From positions 32,001-96,000 of IMG/VR virus record IMGVR_UViG_3300013121_000025: a stretch of DNA of 64,000 nucleotides, one strand, 5' to 3'. The DNA comes from a virus (Duplodnaviria > Caudoviricetes). Within the stretch, counting starts at the first letter, position 1; every line of letters starts with the position of its first letter. Both the position numbers and the translations under genes were made by a program. The notes beneath the pieces are model-generated. The model was not told the origin of the DNA and searched no databases. It worked only from the letters and a program-made list of their open reading frames with translations. Shown one piece after another: positions 29,613-38,235 of the stretch.

Positions 29613-29632
29613 AATTCCACCTAATAATTTTA

Positions 29633-29640
29633 TATAAATA
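29633..29640 (+). promoter_or_regulatory. late promoter TATAAATA for the EndoVII-like gene
   Basis: Exact consensus about 30 nt upstream of the ATG at 29670. Confidence 0.55.
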
Positions 29641-29669
29641 ATTTTATATCATATAATATAAAAAGTCAA
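29641..29669 (-). promoter_or_regulatory. sigma70-like promoter for the HD-kinase gene
   Basis: TTGACT-17 nt-TAAAAT on the minus strand. Confidence 0.65.
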
Positions 29670-30206
29670 ATGGAACAAATAATAACCAAACGAGACGCTA
29701 AAGAACGAGGATTAAAATTATTTTTTACTGGTGTTCCATGTAAAAAATATGGTCACATAAGTACTAGACGAGTTAGAGATGGTGTTTGCACAGATTGTGA
29801 TAAATTATACCAATCATCTCCATCTCGTCGTGATTATCACAGAAAAATATCATCGACGCCAAAATATATAGAACAGAGAAAACGATACAGGAATTCAATT
29901 AATCACACTATAGATTTTAAGAAACGAACAAGAGCAGTTCACCTTAAAAATAAATATAATTTATTAATCGAAGATGTAGTTGCGTTAGAAGAACAACAAA
30001 ATAATAAGTGTCTAATTTGTGATACTCCTTTTCCGTTTGACGAAAAATTACAAAAATTTACACATCATGTTGATCATTCACACACAACCGGAAAAGTTAG
30101 AGGATTATTATGTTCATGTTGTAATACATTATTAGGAATGGCTAAAGACAATATTACAATACTTCAAAATGCAATTAAATATTTGCAACACCACGATGTG
30201 GAATAA
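29670..30206 (+). CDS. endonuclease VII-like (His-Me finger) nuclease, probably a free-standing homing endonuclease
   Basis: CLIC...HVDHSHTTGKVRGLLCSCCNTLLG; N-terminal TGVPCKKYGH...CTDC zinc module. Confidence 0.85.
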   Translation: MEQIITKRDAKERGLKLFFTGVPCKKYGHISTRRVRDGVCTDCDKLYQSSPSRRDYHRKISSTPKYIEQRKRYRNSINHTIDFKKRTRAVHLKNKYNLLIEDVVALEEQQNNKCLICDTPFPFDEKLQKFTHHVDHSHTTGKVRGLLCSCCNTLLGMAKDNITILQNAIKYLQHHDVE

Positions 30207-30207
30207 T

Positions 30208-31791
30208 TTATCCCATCATCATCGGTAATGGTTCATCATATCCACCATCGTCATCATCAGATTCTTCACCTGGAATTCTATATGTTTGTTTATCTACATC
30301 ATATGTGTATAACTTTTCAAATGCTCCTGTTTCATATGATGAGATTTCTTCTAAAATTCTAACCACAATTAAACATGCGCTGATACAATCATCTGTTGAT
30401 CCTAATTGTGCTTGATATGATCCGCGTTTTTTAACGAAGTTTTTAACTTCTGTGAATAGTATTTTTGAAAATAATGTGATTCTTCCACGCTCTAACATTT
30501 CTTTAAAGTTAATACAAGAACGAATCTTGGTACGAACGTTTGTATTCATTCCCATTTTGTTTCCGTTACTTTCTGATACAAGTTCAGCATAACTTGGTGG
30601 ATTCTCATCGTTCATATACAATGAAATTAATCCTTCACCTACACCATTATTTTCAATACTGAAATATGTAGTACATCCACGTTGTTCAAATACATTTATT
30701 AACCATTTTAGTTTTGTATATAACGTACTTGATGACATTGTGTTTGTTCGAATTTCGGCTACTTGTTCCATCGAAGGAAAGTGGAAACATTCAATTACAC
30801 TATAATCACTACCTGATCCAGTCGAAGGATCGACACCGACTAGATAAGTCTCGCCTGCTTTTGGATCTCTCCAAAACGTGAATCCGTTAATTACCTTTGA
30901 TGGAGTTCCTTTTACTTTATTTTCAATTGCTTGTGTAATTGTAGTATCAATTAATAAAGCATCAGAAGATAAGAATTCACAAAGAAATTCTTGCCTCCAA
31001 CGTAATTCCCCTATAATAGCAATTTGTTGTTGCTTGAATTTATCATCTCGGCCTGGTGGTTCGTTCCATTCTACTTTTTGAGATGCGAACGCAATTTGTT
31101 GTTCTGCTTCACCTACAATGTTTCCTGCTTCTGCGGATCTCCAAATTTGGGCAAATAAATTACTATCACCGTTAGGGGTTGAAGTTACGATGCAACTACC
31201 ACCTGTCGATAATGTAGGAGAAATAGAAGTCCAAAACGCGTCTTGCACATTTGGCGGAACAAAGGCAAACTCGTCTAAGAACAATAGAGAAATTGCCATA
31301 CCGCGACCAGAATCTTCTGATGTAGCTGTCGAGATGATACGTGATCCATTATCAAAACCAATAGCATGTTTATTCCATCCATCTTCTGTCACCCCTGGTT
31401 TTAGCCACGATGGTAATTCTTCATAAGCATATTGAATACGATAAATCATCTCCATCGCACCAGCGTTTTTGTTAGATGCGATTAGAATAGTTTTATCATC
31501 ATGAAACATTGCATACCATAACAAATATATTGCTGATGTTGCACTTTTTCCTGTTTGTCTCGCTGATAATACTACACTAAATCTATTCTCTTGGTATAGT
31601 TTTATCATTTTTTCTTGATATGGATATAATACAAATGGAATTGAACCCTTTACAGGATGACGTACTTTAATATATTTTTTACAAAAATATACAACGTCTT
31701 CTGCACAACGTTTTAGTTCTTCAATTTGTTCTAATGTATACGACGTGCGTTGATTAGCAGCTTTTATACGTTCATTCTTTTTTCTTGCCAT
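30208..31791 (-). CDS. terL: terminase large subunit (gp17-like)
   Basis: LYPYQ, SARQTGKS Walker A, LFLDEFAF Walker B, TSTPNG, GVDPSTG nuclease motif, DDCISA. Confidence 0.95.
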   Translation of the reverse strand: MARKKNERIKAANQRTSYTLEQIEELKRCAEDVVYFCKKYIKVRHPVKGSIPFVLYPYQEKMIKLYQENRFSVVLSARQTGKSATSAIYLLWYAMFHDDKTILIASNKNAGAMEMIYRIQYAYEELPSWLKPGVTEDGWNKHAIGFDNGSRIISTATSEDSGRGMAISLLFLDEFAFVPPNVQDAFWTSISPTLSTGGSCIVTSTPNGDSNLFAQIWRSAEAGNIVGEAEQQIAFASQKVEWNEPPGRDDKFKQQQIAIIGELRWRQEFLCEFLSSDALLIDTTITQAIENKVKGTPSKVINGFTFWRDPKAGETYLVGVDPSTGSGSDYSVIECFHFPSMEQVAEIRTNTMSSSTLYTKLKWLINVFEQRGCTTYFSIENNGVGEGLISLYMNDENPPSYAELVSESNGNKMGMNTNVRTKIRSCINFKEMLERGRITLFSKILFTEVKNFVKKRGSYQAQLGSTDDCISACLIVVRILEEISSYETGAFEKLYTYDVDKQTYRIPGEESDDDDGGYDEPLPMMMG

Positions 31792-31794
31792 TGT

Positions 31795-32544
31795 TTAATC
31801 CCATCTCGCCTCGAACTCACGTTCATATGTTCTATATGATAGCATAGTTTGAAAACGTTTATAATCATGTGTTACGAAATTGTTAATAGAGGATGGTAAA
31901 TAAAATTTAACTACATTTGGTTGTTGATACCATACTTCTTTTAGAAAATCACGTATTAAGATTTCTTTAGGTTCGTGTGTTGTAAAAAAATTAACCCCTG
32001 TTACCATTAATGTTTTACCAGTTGGTTTGAGAATCCGAAGAAATTCTGAGAATAAAGACAATTCACGAACTGTACTTACTTCATCACATAATATATAATC
32101 AACAACGTCATTAGGCAAAGTGCTAGACATTAGTTGGACATCAGAATAATGAGTTACTTTAATTACTGAACCGTTAGTGAGGATAATATTAGTATTTGTG
32201 ATTGAAGCATTTAACCCTTTTTGTAAACAAATACTCTTTAACACACCAAATGCGTTTTTGGCCATAGGAGCATTCATTGTAACGAATAAAATTGTATTTT
32301 TTTCTTTTAAAGCAGTGGTTAAGGCAGTAGCAAGAAGACAAGTAGTTCCTCCCACTTGTCTTCCTTTTAATACTAAAGTATGATCATTATGCAACGCACT
32401 TGAGATTATATGATTTTGATATTCTGCTAGAGTAATACCAAGCATATCCTCAATTTCTTTGAACGAAGGGGTAACTGCTGTATCTTTATTATATATTTGT
32501 GATAATGTGGATGTTAATTTATTTTTATAGATATGATCTATCAT
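31795..32544 (-). CDS. terminase ATPase-domain paralogue with degenerate Walker A and no nuclease domain
   Basis: LAEYQ, KGRQVGGTT, YILCDEV, ends YEREFEARWD (compare RQEFLCEF in TerL). Confidence 0.7.
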   Translation of the reverse strand: MIDHIYKNKLTSTLSQIYNKDTAVTPSFKEIEDMLGITLAEYQNHIISSALHNDHTLVLKGRQVGGTTCLLATALTTALKEKNTILFVTMNAPMAKNAFGVLKSICLQKGLNASITNTNIILTNGSVIKVTHYSDVQLMSSTLPNDVVDYILCDEVSTVRELSLFSEFLRILKPTGKTLMVTGVNFFTTHEPKEILIRDFLKEVWYQQPNVVKFYLPSSINNFVTHDYKRFQTMLSYRTYEREFEARWD

Positions 32545-32595
32545 ATACTTACCTCTGTGGTAAATATATTTATTTTGGTATTTTTCGAAGATCCC

Positions 32596-33060
32596 TTACT
32601 CTGTGTCGTCTTGTGGCGGACTTTCTAATACTCTACCTGTTTTAAGAGACTTGAGTAGTTCATTTCTGTCAAAGATAAGGTTATTTTGAGTATAATTATT
32701 TTTACTTGTTACTTTTTCAAGTTTGTCTTTATTTGCCTTCATGACAGCTTTTTTATCAGCAGCGGCTAATGCAGCATTTAAAAATTGAACAGCCACTTCA
32801 CGGGATTTGTTTTTATATTTTGGCTCAATATCATCTAATTGTTCAATAGTTTCATGAAATGTTTCCATAGCAGCATCGTAAACTTCTTCAAATTGTTGCT
32901 CAATCTCTTTATCCTTATCATCATATGTAGGATGTTCAACTACAGCAATTTCAGTATTACGTTGTGTTGTTTCGACAATAGTAGTGCTGGGCTCGATTCC
33001 AAATAATTCTTCCATTGGATGATCAGTCATTTCTTCAACTTTAATATATTTGTCACTCAT
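32596..33060 (-). CDS. putative terminase small subunit
   Basis: 154-aa helical protein upstream of terL; C-terminal NNYTQNNLIFDRNELLK resembles gp16-type termini. Confidence 0.5.
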   Translation of the reverse strand: MSDKYIKVEEMTDHPMEELFGIEPSTTIVETTQRNTEIAVVEHPTYDDKDKEIEQQFEEVYDAAMETFHETIEQLDDIEPKYKNKSREVAVQFLNAALAAADKKAVMKANKDKLEKVTSKNNYTQNNLIFDRNELLKSLKTGRVLESPPQDDTE

Positions 33061-33062
33061 AA

Positions 33063-33506
33063 CTACCTCATAAACAATTGTTGTTCTGTAACAATTCTAA
33101 ATTGAATATTGCGTTGGTTGCACCATGCTCTCGCAGCTTCCCATTTTGCTTGATTAATAGCATACACAATATTTTCATATAATCTTGTTTTCTGTTTTCG
33201 TGCTTTCGAGAGAACTGTTTGTGATGAAGGTTTAATTTCCAACATTTCACTTATTACCTCATTATCCTTATTAATATATTGTACATATAAGTCTGGATAA
33301 TATTTGTGAAGTTTATTATCTGTTGGTTTTAAGTATGGTATACCAACAGGCTCACTAGACCACTTAAGAACCTTAATATTATTGTCTAAAAAATTAAAAC
33401 AATGTAGTTCCCACGATGATCTATATATTATCTTACTTAAATCCCCAATATATTTGTCAGGATTTTTAGGTTGATAGTATCCTTTTCGAAAGTTTGTCGT
33501 CTTCAT
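33063..33506 (-). CDS. head completion nuclease (T4 gp4-like, TnsA-like)
   Basis: PKNPDKYIGD...YRSSWE...WSSE...YYPD...EIKP...NQAKWEAA. Confidence 0.92.
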   Translation of the reverse strand: MKTTNFRKGYYQPKNPDKYIGDLSKIIYRSSWELHCFNFLDNNIKVLKWSSEPVGIPYLKPTDNKLHKYYPDLYVQYINKDNEVISEMLEIKPSSQTVLSKARKQKTRLYENIVYAINQAKWEAARAWCNQRNIQFRIVTEQQLFMR

Positions 33507-34879
33507 TCTCTATTTAGAGTGCTATTTGTAGGAGTTGACATTAACGCTGGTGACGCTGGAACTCTTTTCAAGTTGGTTTTATCACCAGCTTGTGTCAATA
33601 CATAATTAACTTCTTTTGCTATATCTTCGTGTTTAGTAGATATTAAAGGAATAATATTAATATTATCATAAGCCCATGTTACAGTAATTGCACTAGCATC
33701 ATTCGTAGCATTGTTTAATTGATCTAATTGCATATCAATAATTTTTGGATTAATTAAACGATACACGTCACAAAATGCACCGCCATGAGTAAAATGATAA
33801 ATGGTAATTTGACTTAAAATAGATTGTGTTACTGTACTATCGTCCATAATAGATAAGGAAGCAGCGTTATTATGAACTGGTAATTCTGGTGCTGTTTTTT
33901 TCCCATTGTGTTGATTACTTCTATCAAAACTATTAATTAATCCATTTATATCTTTCCCATCATATATTCCTTGTGAGGTTGTATCCTTTGAAATGTTAGT
34001 AATAGGAATCATAATTTGCATATATGTATTGATAAATGCTAATACAGATGATAATTGATCATCATAAAACGACATTGATATTGGTTTAAAGGATGTTTTC
34101 TTAATCAATTTTGAACGATAATTGTAATAATTCACATCTTCAGTATCATATTCTACTTGAGGGCGATCACAAGATTTAACCATAAATGCTGCTGGAAGGT
34201 CCCCAATTTGTTGATATGTTGGATTGTAATCAAACTTAACAGCATACTTCCAAGGAAACTTCGGACCACCAAAAATATCAACATAATCTTGAGCATAGTT
34301 TGGATGTGATTGTACTTCTATTACTGTTTCTGGTTTTTTCTTAAAAAATGGATCAAGCAATCTTGCCCCTAATTTAAATAAATTCGCAAAGTCTCTTGTA
34401 TACTGTGGAATTGTTTCTAAATTGAATTCACCATTTTTTAATTTATCAACAATGTCGTCACCAGCTGCAACAGCAGAGTTAACAGTACTTGGATTGATTT
34501 TATTAATAGCACCAAATACATCATTTCCTGTTAATGTCGGATTGCCTTGTTCGTCTGATCCACCAACTCTCGCAACAAAATCAACGACCCCTTTACCGCC
34601 ACTATTAATCAAATTTGTAAGTCCGGGACCACCAGCAATTGCTGTTTGATGGATTGCCGTTAATCCTTTTGTTGCTTTTCCTAATGCTTGAATATTTGAT
34701 AGTTTTCCAATTGCACCAAGAAATGTTGCGGAACCTTGGGATCCTTGTCCTTGTTTAACATCTGTTATTTTAAATTTAACAGAATTAGAAACAACGTTGG
34801 TTCCATCGGAATCAATACTTGGAGTAGGAGGATCAATTATCCCCTTAATGATTTTTTTTCCTTCACTAAAAACTGACAT
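33503..34879 (-). CDS. tube-fold baseplate/tail tube initiator (gp48/gp54-like)
   Basis: PKFPWKYAVKF, VKSCDRP, NYYNYR, PISMSFYDD, ITVTWAYD in the C-terminal half; located next to the tube gene. Confidence 0.65.
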   Translation of the reverse strand: MSVFSEGKKIIKGIIDPPTPSIDSDGTNVVSNSVKFKITDVKQGQGSQGSATFLGAIGKLSNIQALGKATKGLTAIHQTAIAGGPGLTNLINSGGKGVVDFVARVGGSDEQGNPTLTGNDVFGAINKINPSTVNSAVAAGDDIVDKLKNGEFNLETIPQYTRDFANLFKLGARLLDPFFKKKPETVIEVQSHPNYAQDYVDIFGGPKFPWKYAVKFDYNPTYQQIGDLPAAFMVKSCDRPQVEYDTEDVNYYNYRSKLIKKTSFKPISMSFYDDQLSSVLAFINTYMQIMIPITNISKDTTSQGIYDGKDINGLINSFDRSNQHNGKKTAPELPVHNNAASLSIMDDSTVTQSILSQITIYHFTHGGAFCDVYRLINPKIIDMQLDQLNNATNDASAITVTWAYDNINIIPLISTKHEDIAKEVNYVLTQAGDKTNLKRVPASPALMSTPTNSTLNRE

Positions 34880-34910
34880 ATATCAATACTCGTATGTTAA
34901 TGTATTTATA

Positions 34911-34940
34911 AAAAAGGAAAGGGGCGCCGAAGCGCCCCTT
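34911..34940 (-). terminator. intrinsic terminator after the tail tube gene
   Basis: AAGGGGCGC-UUCG-GCGCCCCUU followed by UCCUUUUU; a TATAAATA late promoter follows immediately at 34903-34910. Confidence 0.85.
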
Positions 34941-34958
34941 GTTTGTTTCTTAAAGTGA

Positions 34959-35549
34959 TTATGCACCACCAATTGCAATACCTTGATTATGACCATCGAC
35001 ACCAACATAAGTGTTATGAACTTGATATGCATGGTCAATGGAAACAGATAATGTAATCTTAACTGCTTCATTTGCTGAGTAATCGAAGGTGTCATAGTTT
35101 GCAGTTTGTACCCAGCAACCTTGAACGTTCCATGTTTCAAGAACAGCTTCATTACCATCGAGGGCTTCAATCTTTGTAGCAAACTTATAAACAGATGCTT
35201 CTGGTGCAGAGGCTAACCATGGACCTAATACACCTGTTAAGTATTGCTGTTTCTGTAATTGTTCTTGAATAACCTTAGATGCACTTCCTGTTACATCATC
35301 TTCAATAACAATTTCTAATGGTTCCCATGTGTGTTTTGAAGCAACAAATACTTTTGAATTGTAACGGTTAACTTCGACCTTTTCCCAAGAAACGTTAGGA
35401 CGTGAACATGTAACTACCTGCATCGAAACAGGAATCGAAGACGATCCACCACCGAAACCTGTAAAGGTTACACGGAAGCGATTCTTTAATTTTGGTTGTA
35501 AAATACCAGTACCAACGCCTGGAATACCGATGTCCATTATAGTGGCCAT
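34959..35549 (-). CDS. tail tube protein (gp19-like)
   Basis: QPKLKNRFRVTF, SRPNV, WEPLEIVIEDD, ETWNVQGCW; downstream of the sheath gene. Confidence 0.88.
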   Translation of the reverse strand: MATIMDIGIPGVGTGILQPKLKNRFRVTFTGFGGGSSSIPVSMQVVTCSRPNVSWEKVEVNRYNSKVFVASKHTWEPLEIVIEDDVTGSASKVIQEQLQKQQYLTGVLGPWLASAPEASVYKFATKIEALDGNEAVLETWNVQGCWVQTANYDTFDYSANEAVKITLSVSIDHAYQVHNTYVGVDGHNQGIAIGGA

Positions 35550-35631
35550 TTTTTATCTCCTAAAAAGTGAAATATATAATTTCTGTTGTATGTACTATTT
35601 ATAATAATTGCCCGATTTCTTAAACAATATC

Positions 35632-35657
35632 AAAAAGGCCCCTTTCGGGGCCTTTTT
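35632..35657. terminator. bidirectional intrinsic terminator after the sheath gene
   Basis: AAAAAGGCCCC-TTTC-GGGGCCTTTTT; late promoter TATAAATA at 35596-35603 for the tube gene. Confidence 0.85.
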
Positions 35658-35659
35658 AA

Positions 35660-38158
35660 TTAGATATCAGCACCAGTTGTTAATACTTGAATTGGTACGT
35701 AAATGAATTCTGCTGCCTTAGTTGGCTTAATACCAACATATACATATAACTCATTACGATCAATTCTATCTGATGTATTAAGTGATTCATCGGATACAAC
35801 TATGAAGTCATATAAACCTTGCTTCACAACAATATCATTCAACAATCCAGTAAACATTGCAACAATGTTATCACGTGTTAATTGTGTGTTTGGCTGGAAC
35901 ACGAACGGCATTGACGCTTTACGTAATGCACGCTTAAGGTATCCAACTAATCTCGCAACGTTAACACGGTCTGTCGCTTGAGCAGCATTACCAGCAGTCT
36001 TTTGACCCCATACAATGATTCCACGTTGTGGGAATGCAACGATTGGGTTAAGGTTCTTGTAGTAATCATACATGTTATCACGTTGACCTTGGTTAAGTGC
36101 CAACTCAACGAATGTTGTCGCAGTTCCAAGTGTTCCACGAACATATCCTACACGATCAATACCAGTTACTAAACCACGTGTTGTTCCAGCAGGTGCCCAC
36201 CACAAGTCAGAGATACTATCACTGAATGCATATGTACGAAGAGCAATTGCAGAAGACGGAACTAATACTTCAGAACCATCTAAGTTTGTTCCCATACCGT
36301 GTGGGTAGTAGTAAGCCAAGTTGAACGATGTTACACGATTTGTAGTAGACATCCACTCAACAACAGCATCTGCGTTCTTATTCATTGGAACGTCACCAAT
36401 CACGAACACTTCATCTTTCAATTCTTGTGCAAGAGACACTAAGTTTGAAGTACATTCGTAGAAACCTGGGCAAAGAACAAGGTTGTATTCATATGTTTCA
36501 GAACGAATGTCTTCGTTATTAACAATTACACTCTTAAGTGCTTTTACGATTGTTGCTCTACGTTGAGCATCAGTAGCACCCAAAGAAGTAGCATTGATGT
36601 ATTCCATTGTCATTTGATAATCTTCAGATACTGCAATGAAGAAATCACGTGCTTCACCAGCATCCCAACGCAATTCTTCTTCGTGGAAAAATTCAAGTAC
36701 GCATGATGTATCAATTACACCAGGACTTGCGTCGTTAGCAACATCAGAACCTGATTCAAGAGTAATAACATCCCCAGCAACGCTTGCTACAGTGTATGCA
36801 TTTGACAATAAAATTCTATTGTTATCAACATTTTCTGCTAAAGTAACACGAATCTTATCACCTGCAACAACATCTGTACCAAAATCATAACCAGTTACTG
36901 TGATTGTGTCTTGAGCTGGGCTTGCGCCGTTATTGTCGAAGATAACTTCATAACTTTGATATGTAGCTGGGAAAATTTGCATTACCGCAGAAATATCAGG
37001 ATTGGTTGCATTCATTGTACCACCAGAGGATGTTGCAAACACGTCTTCTGGAGAACCACCAGCTGATTCAAGAATCAATGTATCATTCTCGATGTATGTA
37101 GAAGTTAAGAATGTACCACCACTATATACTTTGTAGTATGGTTTATCAGGGTTGTTATCATTATCAGAATCTTCTGCATTTGAGATTACAATCTTCATAG
37201 AGCTTGTAACGTCAGAGAAGTTTCCGCCATCTTTACGAACGATGAAATCATAACCAGCAGGAACACCATTTACAGTTGTGTTGTAATCGTTATGTACTAA
37301 TTTGATCTGATTAACTGTTTCGATTGCTTCTGCAACGTTAGAAATTGTTAATACTTTGTTCCATAAGGTCGATGTAACACCAGCGTTTACTGGATATGTA
37401 GGATCAACAGCACTGCCTTCGACACCAAGGTAATAATCACCATTAGCAACAGGAGTTGAAGTGATGGTATCGTACATGGTTAATGGTAAGGAAGTTTGAT
37501 CTTCATAGAAAGTTGGACGTGTATAACGGAAGGTGTCATTATCAAAATATACATTCAATCCGTCTACATCAATGCCCATATTTTCTTCAAGAACTTCGCT
37601 AATAATTGCCAACAATTCGTCAGAATTAACTGCTGATTTATATGCGATATCAAGCGGATCAAGAATTCCGTTATCGGCATTTAAATTATCAAGATAAGAT
37701 TGAACACGGCTTTCAATAATGTATGCTAAGCCTAAAGGAAGTGGATCAAGAACATTTGTGACGTTGTGAGTCATTTTTCTTAACCACAATTCGTCAAGAG
37801 TTTCACGATCGTCATTTAAGTTAACTGGCGCACGAACAGTATATGCTTTTGCACCCGCTCCTAAGAAATGGTTAAGTGTGAACAAACCATATTCGTTTCT
37901 TGCGTCACCGTGCATCGGATTACCATCAGCGTCAGTTTTAAATACTGGAGTACCATACAAACGTACGCTTTGTGTTAAAGAAGTGATTGTGCGAACAACA
38001 CCTGATTCATATGTTCCTAATGCTGGATCGCCAGATGAATTAAGTTTTTCGCTTGCTGTTGCCATAACAATTAATGGAGTAGTAACTCCGCCTGCTGGAA
38101 CAAATTGACTAGATTCAGTAACGGTAACTGAAACTCCAGGGGATATAAGTGATGCCAT
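35660..38158 (-). CDS. tail sheath protein (gp18-like) with a large central insertion
   Basis: LISPGVSV start; WWAPAGTTRG, NPIVAFP, WGQKT, RVNVARL, KPTKAAEFIY. Confidence 0.95.
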   Translation of the reverse strand: MASLISPGVSVTVTESSQFVPAGGVTTPLIVMATASEKLNSSGDPALGTYESGVVRTITSLTQSVRLYGTPVFKTDADGNPMHGDARNEYGLFTLNHFLGAGAKAYTVRAPVNLNDDRETLDELWLRKMTHNVTNVLDPLPLGLAYIIESRVQSYLDNLNADNGILDPLDIAYKSAVNSDELLAIISEVLEENMGIDVDGLNVYFDNDTFRYTRPTFYEDQTSLPLTMYDTITSTPVANGDYYLGVEGSAVDPTYPVNAGVTSTLWNKVLTISNVAEAIETVNQIKLVHNDYNTTVNGVPAGYDFIVRKDGGNFSDVTSSMKIVISNAEDSDNDNNPDKPYYKVYSGGTFLTSTYIENDTLILESAGGSPEDVFATSSGGTMNATNPDISAVMQIFPATYQSYEVIFDNNGASPAQDTITVTGYDFGTDVVAGDKIRVTLAENVDNNRILLSNAYTVASVAGDVITLESGSDVANDASPGVIDTSCVLEFFHEEELRWDAGEARDFFIAVSEDYQMTMEYINATSLGATDAQRRATIVKALKSVIVNNEDIRSETYEYNLVLCPGFYECTSNLVSLAQELKDEVFVIGDVPMNKNADAVVEWMSTTNRVTSFNLAYYYPHGMGTNLDGSEVLVPSSAIALRTYAFSDSISDLWWAPAGTTRGLVTGIDRVGYVRGTLGTATTFVELALNQGQRDNMYDYYKNLNPIVAFPQRGIIVWGQKTAGNAAQATDRVNVARLVGYLKRALRKASMPFVFQPNTQLTRDNIVAMFTGLLNDIVVKQGLYDFIVVSDESLNTSDRIDRNELYVYVGIKPTKAAEFIYVPIQVLTTGADI

Positions 38159-38235
38159 GATTTTTAACTCCTAAATAAGTATGTGATAGTATTTATTATT
38201 AGGAACCATATATAATTAATTTTTGTAGAGAACAC

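Noticed and set aside
30208-32544. Terminase split by an intron or frameshift
   Set aside because: 30208..31791 already contains complete ATPase and nuclease motifs; the upstream ORF duplicates the ATPase rather than completing it.
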